Part shown: positions 48,486 to 57,859 of the stretch, piece by piece
How positions within the stretch are numbered: position 1 is the stretch's first letter
Layout of the letters: the number at the start of each line of letters is the position of its first letter
Origin: Escherichia coli
GTDB taxonomy: Bacteria > Pseudomonadota > Gammaproteobacteria > Enterobacterales > Enterobacteriaceae
NCBI RefSeq assembly: GCF_001677475.2
Contig: NZ_CP015229.1
Reading direction: 5' to 3' (one strand)
DNA: 64,000 bases
Notes under the pieces: generated by a model
What the model saw: only the letters and a program-made list of their open reading frames with translations
What the model was told of the DNA's origin: nothing
The model's database searches: none
Made by a program: the position numbers and the translations under genes

Positions 48486-49677
48486 ACTCCTCCAGCATCT
48501 GTTGTCCACTGTAGGCGGCACGGCTGCGTTGGCTGAACTCAGCCAGCGTGGTACCAAATACCGCCTGCGCGATTTCCGGTTTGCTTAACTGGACCAGTTG
48601 CAGCACCTCTTCTTCGCTGACGGTTTTACCGCCGGATTTTTGCAACACTTCACGCGCCGCGTCGCTATGGGTGGCAATCACCGGCACGCCAATTGATAAC
48701 GCCTCACACAAAATCAGTGGGTAGTTATCGACACGAGAACTGAACACCAGCGCATCCATCTGATTGAGCGCGCTCATCAGCTTACGTTTGTCGGTTTCAA
48801 AGCCGTGATTGACCACGTTGCCAGCGGTGAACGGCGAGAACTTACCAAAGGTATGCAGTTCGATTTTGTCGTCCAGCGCCATCATCTCGCGCACCAGTTG
48901 CTGGTTAGTTTTGCCGTCGTAACGCAGGTCATGCGCTACCACCGCGATTTTCGGCTTGCCCTGAGTTTCGCGCACCGGAGGCAGATCCGCCAGAATCGCT
49001 TCGGTTGCCATATCAATACCGTTATTGATAATCCGGCAACGCCCTGGGCCATACAGGCTATTGAAAGCGTCAGCCACATGCTGGCTGGGGGAAATAAACT
49101 GACAGCCCAGTGCCAGCATCTCACGGAATAACTGGCGTTTGCCCGCCACCAGCTGGCGCGCGCGATCAATCTTCACCGGCGGATAATTATTTAAGGTCGG
49201 GCATTTCTGGCAGCTCGTTTTCCAGCCTTCGCAACCGTCGGTAAAGGCGCAGCGTCCGGTAACGCTCCAGTGGTCGTGCAGCGTCCAGACCAGTGTGATA
49301 TCCGGTTTATGGTTTTTCACTTTTTCGCAAAAGCGCACCACGCTCTTAAGATTCAACCAATAGCTGTGCAGCACATGAAAATGCAGAACCAGCGGACCCG
49401 GTGTGCGAGTAATGGTGCGATATAACTCATTGAAATTACCGAACAGATCGCGATTAAACAGACGAAACAACGCAATGTTCGCCATCGCGGTCATCCGCGG
49501 CGTATGTTTGATGACCTGCGGGTAGTTCTGATGGCTGACGCTCTCTTTGCCGCCTTTGCCGTAGCCGTAGACAAAATGTGACGCCAGCCCCTGTTGCAGC
49601 GCGCGCTGGTGGAGATCTAACGCCACACCTGCCGCCCCGCCTTCCGCCAGTCGCACATTAAATTGCAGAATATTCAT
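48460..49677 (-). CDS. wcaC: Colanic acid glycosyltransferase WcaC (GT1)
   Basis: 405 aa; synteny. Confidence 0.9.
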   Translation of the reverse strand: MNILQFNVRLAEGGAAGVALDLHQRALQQGLASHFVYGYGKGGKESVSHQNYPQVIKHTPRMTAMANIALFRLFNRDLFGNFNELYRTITRTPGPLVLHFHVLHSYWLNLKSVVRFCEKVKNHKPDITLVWTLHDHWSVTGRCAFTDGCEGWKTSCQKCPTLNNYPPVKIDRARQLVAGKRQLFREMLALGCQFISPSQHVADAFNSLYGPGRCRIINNGIDMATEAILADLPPVRETQGKPKIAVVAHDLRYDGKTNQQLVREMMALDDKIELHTFGKFSPFTAGNVVNHGFETDKRKLMSALNQMDALVFSSRVDNYPLILCEALSIGVPVIATHSDAAREVLQKSGGKTVSEEEVLQLVQLSKPEIAQAVFGTTLAEFSQRSRAAYSGQQMLEEYVNFYQNL

Positions 49678-50162
49678 TTAATTACCTTCACTCGCGCTTT
49701 TTCTCCCACCACCAGCGCGTTGTCCGGGACAGAGTCGAGCACCACGCTGCCCGCGCCCACGGTGACGTTGTTACCAAGCGTGATATCACCAAGAATAATG
49801 ACGTTGGCACCGAGTTCGACACCGTTACCAATGTGTGGACATGCCATGTTATCGGCACCCCGATTGCCGATAGTGACGCCGTGGCGAATGGTGAAATCAT
49901 CCCCCGCGACCACGTTTTTATTGATCACTACGGCGTAACCGTGATGGATAGTAAAGCGTCGGCCAATGGTCGCGGCGGCCTGGATTTCATAACCGAAAAA
50001 GCATTCGGTGATAATGCGATACAGCACCAGCAGCGGGGCCGCCCACAGATTGTTGAGGACGTTCTTTTTGCGCCACACCGAACAAAAATGAGCAACGCGA
50101 TAGGCAAGAACCATGCAGCACGGGCGTAAACTCCAGCTGTTGGCGCGCAGATCTTCCAGCAT
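49674..50162 (-). CDS. wcaB: Colanic acid acetyltransferase WcaB (serine acetyltransferase-like hexapeptide)
   Basis: 162 aa; synteny. Confidence 0.9.
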   Translation of the reverse strand: MLEDLRANSWSLRPCCMVLAYRVAHFCSVWRKKNVLNNLWAAPLLVLYRIITECFFGYEIQAAATIGRRFTIHHGYAVVINKNVVAGDDFTIRHGVTIGNRGADNMACPHIGNGVELGANVIILGDITLGNNVTVGAGSVVLDSVPDNALVVGEKARVKVIK

Positions 50163-50164
50163 CC

Positions 50165-51004
50165 TTAACGCCCCCGTATTCCATCAGCCAGACGTTTGCC
50201 GTTACGCACCGACAGTAGCGTCAACAAAGTCCGCCAGGTCATGCGTTTATTGCGGATCTGGTAGAGGGTAAACAATTGATATTTTTTGCTGGCGCGGTCA
50301 AATTTGTCTTTGTGCTTGCGGTAAAAGTGGAAGTATCCGGAGAATTTTTTCGGTGACGAGGTGATCTGCATTTCACCGTGATTGATATGCAGGATCTGCG
50401 TCGCTTCTTCCACTTTCCACGGTTCGCCATACTCCACCACCATCCGCAGGAAGATGTCGTAATCCTGTGCCGCTTTCAGTTCGGTATCGAACAAACACTC
50501 TTTGAAACGCCACGCCCAGGTAAAGACCTGATTGCCAATGATATTGCGTTTATAGAACAGGCGGCGTGAATAGGGTGATTTGGGATACAGCGGCAAACTT
50601 GCTGGTTGGGAATAGACTTCGCCCTGGCAAACGTAGTCGTTGGCGTACAAAAAGGCGTGAGTGACCAGTTGCTGCTTATGGGCGAGGAAGACGCTCAGGC
50701 GGTTGGGCGTCCATTCATCATCGTCATCGATCCCGGTGATGTATTCCCCTTGCGCCCGCATAATTGCCTGGTTACGTACCGCGCACGCTCCGCTGTTAAT
50801 ATCGTTGTGAATGTAAGTAATACGCGGATCGTTGAGGGCGGTGACGTACTGTTGCAGTTGTTCCCAGGAGGTGGAGCAATCATCCACGATGATCATCTCC
50901 CAGTTACTGTAGTCCTGGCGCAGGACCGATTTTATCGCCCGAATCGCCAGTTGTTGGCGGTTCCAGGTCGGCATATAGATTGAGATCAGCGGATTTTCTT
51001 TCAT
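50165..51004 (-). CDS. wcaA: Colanic acid glycosyltransferase WcaA (GT2)
   Basis: 279 aa; DDCS/DDDDE motifs; synteny. Confidence 0.9.
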   Translation of the reverse strand: MKENPLISIYMPTWNRQQLAIRAIKSVLRQDYSNWEMIIVDDCSTSWEQLQQYVTALNDPRITYIHNDINSGACAVRNQAIMRAQGEYITGIDDDDEWTPNRLSVFLAHKQQLVTHAFLYANDYVCQGEVYSQPASLPLYPKSPYSRRLFYKRNIIGNQVFTWAWRFKECLFDTELKAAQDYDIFLRMVVEYGEPWKVEEATQILHINHGEMQITSSPKKFSGYFHFYRKHKDKFDRASKKYQLFTLYQIRNKRMTWRTLLTLLSVRNGKRLADGIRGR

Positions 51005-51038
51005 AGGTTGTTCTCCCGACTTATGAGCTGGTTTGCTT

Positions 51039-51078
51039 GCCGGATGCGGCGTGAACGCCTTATCCGGCCTACGGGGCG
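51039..51078. repeat. REP element between wcaA and wzc
   Basis: gccggatgcggcgtgaacgccttatccggcctacg read directly. Confidence 0.8.
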
Positions 51079-51096
51079 GTGCGAATGCAGGTGTCG

Positions 51097-53259
51097 TTAT
51101 TTCGCGTCCGACTTATATTCGTATTCGTAATAGCCATAATCCTGATACGCGCTGGCGCGGCGGAAGATGGAGTTCAGAATCACCCCTTTCACCGGAATAC
51201 CGTTTTGCTCAAAGCGGCTCAGACTGGTTTCCACTTCTTTCAATGTGTTGACCGCATAACGCGCCACCATTAACGTGGTTCCAACATGACGACCAACAAT
51301 TGCCGCATCGGTCACTGCCAGAATCGGCGGCGTATCAATCAACACCAGGTCGTAGTTTTTACTCGCCCAGTTCACCAGTTCGGCAAAGCGTTCGCTCATC
51401 AACAGTTCAGAAGGATTTGGCGGTACCTGACCGCGCGGGATCAGGTCAAATTTGGCAATAGAGGTCGGTTTAGCAGCGGTAGTAATATCGCCCTGACCAA
51501 TCAGAATTTCCGACAGGCCATTGACGTTATTGGTGCCCAACAGCTCGTGGGTGTAGCCTTTGCGCATATCGCAGTCGATCAACAACACCCGTTTATTGGT
51601 CTGACTGATCACCGCCGCCAGGTTAGCGCAGACAAAGGTTTTACCGATTGACGGGCTAACCCCGGTCATCATCAACACATTGTTCTGCGCCTGCATCATC
51701 GCGAAGTGCAGACTGGTACGCAGACTGCGGATGGCTTCAATCGCCAGATCGGTTGGATTCCCCACCGCCAGTAGCTGGCTCTGTTTATAGCGTTTAATCC
51801 CTTTGATGGTTTTGACGCTATCGCGCGCTTTCTGCCATTCCGACAGCGGGATGCTGGCATAGACGCTGATACCGTGTTCTTCCAGCACCTGCGGGCTTTC
51901 GATGCCACGATTAAACAACGAGCGCAGCAGTACACCCACGATAGAGAGCATCAGGCCGAGGATAATCGCCCCGAGGATAATCAGCCCTTTCTTCGGTTTC
52001 AGCACACCAGGCTGGGTGATTGCCGGGTCAACAATGCGCACATCGCCGACGGTGCTGGCTTCGGTGATTTTCAGCTCCTGTTCTTTATTCAGCAGTTGCA
52101 TATAGACCTGCTGACCAGACTCGACATCGCGGGTCAGACGGACAATTTCCTGCTGGGTTTTCGGCATCGCCGTTACGCGCCCGTTAAGTTTGGCTTTTTC
52201 GTCTTCCAGCGCCTGCCGTTTCTCCAGCAGCGTGCGGTACGCCGGATGAACTTTGGTGAACAGCTTGGAGATTTCCGCCTCTTTAAAGGTCAGTTCGTTC
52301 AGCTGCGCGTCGATGTTCACCATCGAATCGAGCACCGCTTTCGCTTCCAGCGGCAGATCAACAGAATCTTTATCCTGACGGAAGGCATTCAGTTTGTTTT
52401 CGGCAACATCGAGGCGGCTACGTACTTCCGGTAACTGTTGCGCGAGGAAAGCGAGGCTTTTCGACGCTTCCGCCGATTTGCGCTCAATATTTTGTTCCTG
52501 ATAGTTACGGGCGATGCTGTTAAGAATGTCGCGGATCTGTTCGCGATCTTCACCGGTATAAGTCAGGCTCAGTACGCCTGCGTCTTTGCCGTTCTCCGTT
52601 ACCGTCAGGCTGTTTTGCAGTTGGTTGATCATCCCCAGCGTGGAGTATTTGGTGATGGTAAACTCACTGCCCGGGCTAGCGTGAATAGCTTCAACCATCA
52701 GCGTGACGCCTTCTTTTGTCAGCATCTGGCCCGCTTGCCCACGGGCGCTAAAGCCGCCATCGCTGCTCAGAGTGTAGTTTTTATCGTCCAGCACATTAAG
52801 CGTAAACACCTGATCCGCCATCTCTTTCGGACGGTTAAAGGTGGTCACTTTCACCGTTTCGTTCTGACTTCCCATCAGGCGATCCCAGCCCGCACCGAAA
52901 ATCGGGAACGTGTTTTTGCTCACCGCAATATCGAGGTCGAGATCGTCCACCGTTTTACCAAGCACCAGGCGCGAACGAATCAACTGGATCTCGGCGTCCG
53001 ATGCAGGCGGTTTGTTGGCTAACGCCGATCCGATATCCTGCACTAACGAATTGCCGCTGCTTTGCTCGATTTGTACCAGTGCGTCGGCACTATAAATCGG
53101 CGTGGCGAAGAAGGTGTAAACCACGGCACAGAGGGCGAATACGGTGGTGATGCCAATCACCCACCAGCGCGCTTCAATGACGGTGCCGACCAGGCGACCA
53201 ATATCGATTTCATCACTGCCCGTTACCGGAGCGGCATGTTGTTTTACTTTTTCTGTCAT
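51097..53259 (-). CDS. wzc: Tyrosine autokinase / co-polymerase Wzc (start at MTEKVKQHAAPV)
   Basis: Walker A (GVSPSIGKT) and C-terminal Tyr-rich tail (YQDYGYYEYEYKSDAK) in ORF translation. Confidence 0.95.
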   Translation of the reverse strand: MTEKVKQHAAPVTGSDEIDIGRLVGTVIEARWWVIGITTVFALCAVVYTFFATPIYSADALVQIEQSSGNSLVQDIGSALANKPPASDAEIQLIRSRLVLGKTVDDLDLDIAVSKNTFPIFGAGWDRLMGSQNETVKVTTFNRPKEMADQVFTLNVLDDKNYTLSSDGGFSARGQAGQMLTKEGVTLMVEAIHASPGSEFTITKYSTLGMINQLQNSLTVTENGKDAGVLSLTYTGEDREQIRDILNSIARNYQEQNIERKSAEASKSLAFLAQQLPEVRSRLDVAENKLNAFRQDKDSVDLPLEAKAVLDSMVNIDAQLNELTFKEAEISKLFTKVHPAYRTLLEKRQALEDEKAKLNGRVTAMPKTQQEIVRLTRDVESGQQVYMQLLNKEQELKITEASTVGDVRIVDPAITQPGVLKPKKGLIILGAIILGLMLSIVGVLLRSLFNRGIESPQVLEEHGISVYASIPLSEWQKARDSVKTIKGIKRYKQSQLLAVGNPTDLAIEAIRSLRTSLHFAMMQAQNNVLMMTGVSPSIGKTFVCANLAAVISQTNKRVLLIDCDMRKGYTHELLGTNNVNGLSEILIGQGDITTAAKPTSIAKFDLIPRGQVPPNPSELLMSERFAELVNWASKNYDLVLIDTPPILAVTDAAIVGRHVGTTLMVARYAVNTLKEVETSLSRFEQNGIPVKGVILNSIFRRASAYQDYGYYEYEYKSDAK

Positions 53260-53261
53260 TC

Positions 53262-53705
53262 TTATACCTGCTCTGCGTTCAATGCCTGCGCCCACTGGCG
53301 GGCAGACCGTTCAAGTAATGTGTACACCGCTGCAAACGTTTCCCGGCTTTTGCGATACGGATCGGGGATTTCACATTCGTTATCCCAGTGACCAAACAGC
53401 ATCACTTTGCCGCGCATCTCAGGTGCCATCTCGCATAAGCGTTCGATATGGCGCTTTTCCATGGTCAAAATCAGGTCATAGTTGCGACACAGACGGCGGC
53501 TGATTTGCCGTGCACAGTGACCTTCCAGAGACAGTTGATGTTCTGCGGCGACGCTGATAGCGGTAGGATCAGCGCCCTTACCGACCAGCGCGCCGAGTCC
53601 AGCGGACTCCACTTTCAGCTCCGGGTGATAACGTTGCAGTAAGCGTTCCGCCGTCGGGGAACGGCAAATATTGCCGACACAGACAACTAAGATGTTGTTA
53701 AACAT
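53262..53705 (-). CDS. wzb: Low-molecular-weight protein-tyrosine phosphatase Wzb
   Basis: CVGNICRSP P-loop at N-terminus. Confidence 0.95.
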   Translation of the reverse strand: MFNNILVVCVGNICRSPTAERLLQRYHPELKVESAGLGALVGKGADPTAISVAAEHQLSLEGHCARQISRRLCRNYDLILTMEKRHIERLCEMAPEMRGKVMLFGHWDNECEIPDPYRKSRETFAAVYTLLERSARQWAQALNAEQV

Positions 53706-53710
53706 GACGA

Positions 53711-54850
53711 TTACCAGTTATGAATGTCGCTGGCTGTATCCGTCATGTAACGGACACCGCTAATAGTTGGCAGCAACTGATTGATCAGACGGTTCCAGCG
53801 GGAAACCGGGGCGGTGGTGACATACACCACGTCATAAGGTTGCAGGCGGAATTCTGTCGCCATCACCAGCGACGTCGCATCGGACATATCCAGCTGGTAG
53901 ATATTGGCAATCTTGCCGTTACGCCCGCCCTCGCCTTTCAGCGGACGAATGACAAAGATGCCGCTGGCGTTGGAGGTGGTCATGTCGATACCTTCGGCAT
54001 TGCCCAGAGCTTCAGTCAGGGTCATGCCGCTAAAGTCCATTTTCAGGGTGCTCTGTTTCTTCACTTCACCCATCACAAATACTTTCAGATCATCATTACG
54101 CGGCACGTAGAGAATATCGCCGGGATAAAGCAGTCGGTTCTGATTGAGGTCGCCGTTTTGCATCAGCGCCTGCAAAGAAATGCGTTCTTCACGACCATTG
54201 TGTGTTAGCACCACGTTGCGCCAGTCAGCGGTGTCGGTCAGGCCACCTGCGGCGTTGATGGCATCGAGAATGGTCAGTGGCACGTTGGTGATCGCCTGTT
54301 GACCGGATTTATTCACCTGACCGGAGATATAGGCCTTTTGCGAGCGGAAGGCGGCGATATTAACGTCCACCTGCGGGTCAGCGATGTACGTCGCTAAGCG
54401 CCCGGTAATATCACTGCGGATTTCAGCGAGCGTTTTCCCCACGACGTGAACCTTGCCGATATACGGGTAGAACATAGTGCCGTCAGGCTGTACCCAGTTG
54501 CCGGTGTCGCTGGAGCTGCGGTACTGACCGGCTGGCGTGGTGAGTTCCGGGTGATCCCAGACGGTGACATTAAGAACGTCCCCCGGCCCGACGCGATACT
54601 GGTAATTCGCGATCTCACTTTCCAGCGTCATATTGGGGCGCGCTACATTCGGGCGTGGGCGTAATTGGTCAATCAGGCGCGGGGTCAGCGGATAAACATT
54701 CACCATTTTGTCGAGATCGAAATCAGCGTCCTGCTGTTTGATGACGTCTTTCCCCATCGTCGACATATTGCTGCCCGGAAGTACTGTGCAACCGCTTATC
54801 AAGGTTACTGACACCAATAATGGCATCAATTTCATTTTGGATTTCATCAT
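53711..54850 (-). CDS. wza: Outer-membrane polysaccharide export lipoprotein Wza
   Basis: 379 aa with lipoprotein signal (LISGCTV); synteny. Confidence 0.95.
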   Translation of the reverse strand: MMKSKMKLMPLLVSVTLISGCTVLPGSNMSTMGKDVIKQQDADFDLDKMVNVYPLTPRLIDQLRPRPNVARPNMTLESEIANYQYRVGPGDVLNVTVWDHPELTTPAGQYRSSSDTGNWVQPDGTMFYPYIGKVHVVGKTLAEIRSDITGRLATYIADPQVDVNIAAFRSQKAYISGQVNKSGQQAITNVPLTILDAINAAGGLTDTADWRNVVLTHNGREERISLQALMQNGDLNQNRLLYPGDILYVPRNDDLKVFVMGEVKKQSTLKMDFSGMTLTEALGNAEGIDMTTSNASGIFVIRPLKGEGGRNGKIANIYQLDMSDATSLVMATEFRLQPYDVVYVTTAPVSRWNRLINQLLPTISGVRYMTDTASDIHNW

Positions 54851-55028
54851 TGTTTATTTATCACTTTGGCAGAGTAATTATCCTGTGCACTATTAATAGC
54901 AATGTCGCCATGCACATTTACCTTGCAGTTAATTGAATAAAAATTTAACTGGCATCAGTCCTAAAAAAATTGATTTCATCCGCAGGCTATTGACAGAATA
55001 ATTCAGACTGGTCTTTCAGGCATCCAGA

Positions 55029-55066
55029 CACGCTACCGCCCCTGGCTTTTAGCTACCAATACACTG
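55029..55066 (-). promoter_or_regulatory. JUMPstart/ops element in the long 5' leader of the colanic acid operon
   Basis: Minus-strand read: cagtgtattggtagctaaaagccaggggcggtagcgtg (ops GGCGGTAGCGTG). Confidence 0.85.
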
Positions 55067-55507
55067 ATTTAGCTTAATTTTTAAAACCCTCTCAACATAC
55101 AGTCGTTGATGAGAAAGGGTTATTGCGGAAATTAACTTCCGAATATAAGGTGACATTATGGTAATTGAATATTGGCTCTCCAATAATGCAGGAGGAAGTG
55201 TTACAGCTAACGGAATAGCAGGCAAGGTAACAATTCGGCAATTGGCTATTTTTAAGAATTATATTAAGTGTCATTCAATATGGTTTTTAGGAGTTTCTTT
55301 AGGTTGACAATATTTAATATAGTGTCTCCACATGCGATATTTCTTAAATAATGTTTTATTATTACCACTTTTAATTCAGGGATAATGTGAGGTTATTACC
55401 CTCAAATAATATGAGATAAATAGTGCTGCAACATTGCATTTTTGCCCCGATTTATCCATGATCGAATTGTGACATTTGTCATACAACGAATAGGTTTTGT
55501 ACTTACT

Positions 55508-57091
55508 ATGGAATGGATTGCCGATCCGTCTATCTGGGCCGGGTTAATCACGCTGATTGTGATCGAACTGGTCCTCGGCATTGATAACCTGGTCTTTATT
55601 GCCATCCTCGCCGAAAAACTACCGCCGAAGCAGCGCGACCGCGCACGGGTTACCGGGCTGTTGCTGGCGATGTTAATGCGCCTGTTACTGCTGGCGTCAA
55701 TCTCCTGGCTGGTCACCCTGACACAACCGCTATTCAGCTTCCGCTCGTTTACCTTTAGCGCCCGCGATTTAATCATGCTGTTTGGTGGTTTCTTCCTGCT
55801 GTTCAAAGCCACGATGGAGCTGAACGAACGGCTGGAAGGGAAAGACAGCAATAACCCCACGCAACGCAAAGGTGCGAAGTTCTGGGGGGTGGTGACACAA
55901 ATTGTGGTACTGGACGCCATCTTCTCACTCGACTCAGTGATTACCGCCGTCGGGATGGTCGACCATTTACTGGTCATGATGGCCGCCGTTGTTATCGCTA
56001 TTAGCCTGATGTTGATGGCAAGCAAGCCGTTAACCCAGTTCGTTAACAGTCACCCGACCATCGTTATTCTCTGCTTAAGCTTCCTGTTGATGATTGGCTT
56101 TAGCCTGGTGGCGGAAGGTTTCGGCTTCGTCATTCCGAAAGGCTACCTGTACGCTGCCATTGGTTTCTCGGTGATGATCGAGGCGCTCAATCAGTTGGCT
56201 ATCTTTAACCGGCGACGTTTTCTTTCCGCTAACCAGACGCTGCGCCAGCGGACTACCGAAGCGGTAATGCGCCTGCTTAGCGGGCAAAAAGAAGATGCGG
56301 AACTGGACGCCGAAACCGCGTCCATGCTGGTGGATCATGGTAACCAGCAGATCTTTAATCCGCAGGAACGGCGGATGATTGAGCGGGTACTTAATCTTAA
56401 CCAGCGTACCGTCAGCAGCATTATGACGTCGCGCCACGATATTGAGCATATCGATCTCAACGCGCCGGAAGAAGAAATCCGCCAGTTGCTGGAGCGAAAT
56501 CAGCATACGCGGCTGGTGGTTACCGACGGTGATGACGCAGAAGATTTGCTCGGTGTTGTTCACGTTATCGACCTGCTACAACAGTCTCTGCGCGGCGAAC
56601 CGCTCAACCTGCGGGTGTTGATTCGCCAGCCGCTGGTGTTCCCGGAAACCTTGCCGTTGTTACCTGCCCTGGAGCAGTTCCGTAATGCCCGCACGCACTT
56701 TGCTTTTGTGGTGGATGAGTTTGGTTCAGTGGAAGGGATTGTGACATTAAGTGACGTCACTGAAACCATTGCCGGTAACTTACCGAACGAAGTGGAAGAG
56801 ATCGACGCCCGCCATGATATTCAGAAGAATGCGGACGGTTCCTGGACGGCGAATGGTCATATGCCGCTGGAGGATCTGGTGCAATATGTGCCGCTACCGC
56901 TGGATGAAAAACGTGAATATCACACCATTGCCGGGCTGTTGATGGAATATTTACAGCGTATTCCAAAACCTGGCGAAGAAGTTCAGGTGGGGGATTATTT
57001 GCTTAAAACGTTGCAGGTGGAAAGCCATCGCGTGCAGAAGGTGCAGATTATTCCACTGCGTAAGGATAGCGAGATGGAGTACGAGGTGTGA
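55508..57091 (+). CDS. yegH: Inner-membrane TerC-family/CBS/CorC-domain protein YegH (start at [12 protein letters not shown])
   Basis: TerC-like TM region followed by CBS pair and CorC_HlyC domain in ORF translation; synteny. Confidence 0.9.
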   Translation: MEWIADPSIWAGLITLIVIELVLGIDNLVFIAILAEKLPPKQRDRARVTGLLLAMLMRLLLLASISWLVTLTQPLFSFRSFTFSARDLIMLFGGFFLLFKATMELNERLEGKDSNNPTQRKGAKFWGVVTQIVVLDAIFSLDSVITAVGMVDHLLVMMAAVVIAISLMLMASKPLTQFVNSHPTIVILCLSFLLMIGFSLVAEGFGFVIPKGYLYAAIGFSVMIEALNQLAIFNRRRFLSANQTLRQRTTEAVMRLLSGQKEDAELDAETASMLVDHGNQQIFNPQERRMIERVLNLNQRTVSSIMTSRHDIEHIDLNAPEEEIRQLLERNQHTRLVVTDGDDAEDLLGVVHVIDLLQQSLRGEPLNLRVLIRQPLVFPETLPLLPALEQFRNARTHFAFVVDEFGSVEGIVTLSDVTETIAGNLPNEVEEIDARHDIQKNADGSWTANGHMPLEDLVQYVPLPLDEKREYHTIAGLLMEYLQRIPKPGEEVQVGDYLLKTLQVESHRVQKVQIIPLRKDSEMEYEV

Positions 57092-57099
57092 TAAAACAT

Positions 57100-57135
57100 C
57101 AAATGCGCAGGTTCAAACTGCGCATTTGATTTATA
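57100..57135 (+). terminator. Rho-independent terminator after yegH (caaatgcgcag...ctgcgcatttg + T-rich)
   Basis: 11-bp perfect inverted repeat read directly. Confidence 0.6.
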
Positions 57136-57165
57136 CAAAATTTAGTATAATCTAAGGATGGAGTA

Positions 57166-57527
57166 ATGAGAAAAAAGCTGGCTTTTCTTGATACCAGTCT
57201 TGACGATTTACGCGCATTTCCAGAATCGTCTCGACAGGAAATTGGCTATCAACTCGCCAGGAAATTGGCTATCAACTCGACAGGATCCAACAAGGGTTAA
57301 ACCCATACGACTGGAAACCTTTTACAACTATCGGCCCGGGTGTGCGAGAGATTCGTACTCGCGATGCTGATGGGATCTATCGCGTCATGTATGTCGCAAA
57401 ATTTGAAGAAGCGGTTTACGTATTGCATTGTTTTCAAAAGAAAACACAGACTACCAGTCAATCGGATATTGATTTAGCCAAACGACGCTATAAAGAACTT
57501 GTTCAGGAGCGGAAAAATGAAAATTGA
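57166..57527 (+). pseudogene. HigB-like (RelE/ParE superfamily, Gp49-like) toxin gene disrupted by a frameshift
   Basis: N-terminal 30 codons in frame 1 (MRKKLAFLDTSLDDLRAFPESSRQEIGYQL) then premature stop; C-terminal part in another frame (…REIRTRDADGIYRVMYVAKFEEAVYVLHCFQKKTQ…). Removing one copy of a 23-bp tandem repeat restores a 112-aa ORF. Confidence 0.7.
57233..57278 (+). repeat. 23-bp direct tandem duplication (gacaggaaattggctatcaactc / gccaggaaattggctatcaactc) causing the frameshift in the toxin gene
   Basis: Two adjacent copies with one mismatch read directly. Confidence 0.85.
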
Positions 57528-57807
57528 AACCTTTGATAGTGTGTGGGATGCGGTGAGTGTCACCCCTGAACAAGCGGAAAATATGCGGATCCGTGCCGAG
57601 CTTGTAACGATCATTAATAACTGGATTGAACAACAAGGGTTTAGCCAGACTCAGGCAGCGTCTGCTTTAGGGGTCACTCAACCTCGCATATCTGAACTTG
57701 CCAGAGGTAAGATCCAGATCTTTAGTATCGATAAATTGATCACCATGATGGCTCATGCAGGATTGCATATTCAACGTATTGAAGTTCAATATCCACATGC
57801 TGCTTAG
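57517..57807 (+). CDS. HigA-like antitoxin (XRE-family helix-turn-helix), start ATG overlaps toxin stop
   Basis: MKIETFDSVWDAV...QTQAASALGVTQPRISELARGKIQIFSIDKLITMMAHAGLHIQ; HTH_XRE-like motif; GGAG RBS upstream. Confidence 0.7.
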   Translation: MKIETFDSVWDAVSVTPEQAENMRIRAELVTIINNWIEQQGFSQTQAASALGVTQPRISELARGKIQIFSIDKLITMMAHAGLHIQRIEVQYPHAA

Positions 57808-57818
57808 TACTATAAATA

Positions 57819-57848
57819 CAGATGGCGACAAATTGACGCCGCCATCTG
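57819..57848. terminator. Possible hairpin terminator between antitoxin gene and asmA (cagatggcg...cgccatctg); weak flanking T/A runs
   Basis: 9-bp inverted repeat read directly. Confidence 0.35.
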
Positions 57849-57859
57849 CATAACTTGTC

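Noticed and set aside
55092-55274. 60-aa minus-strand ORF in the wza leader
   Set aside because: It lies in the regulatory leader, is AT-rich with no convincing RBS, and has a low-complexity translation; probably not a gene.
55402-56025. 207-aa minus-strand ORF opposite yegH
   Set aside because: Antisense to the yegH CDS, whose translation shows clear TerC/CBS domain architecture.
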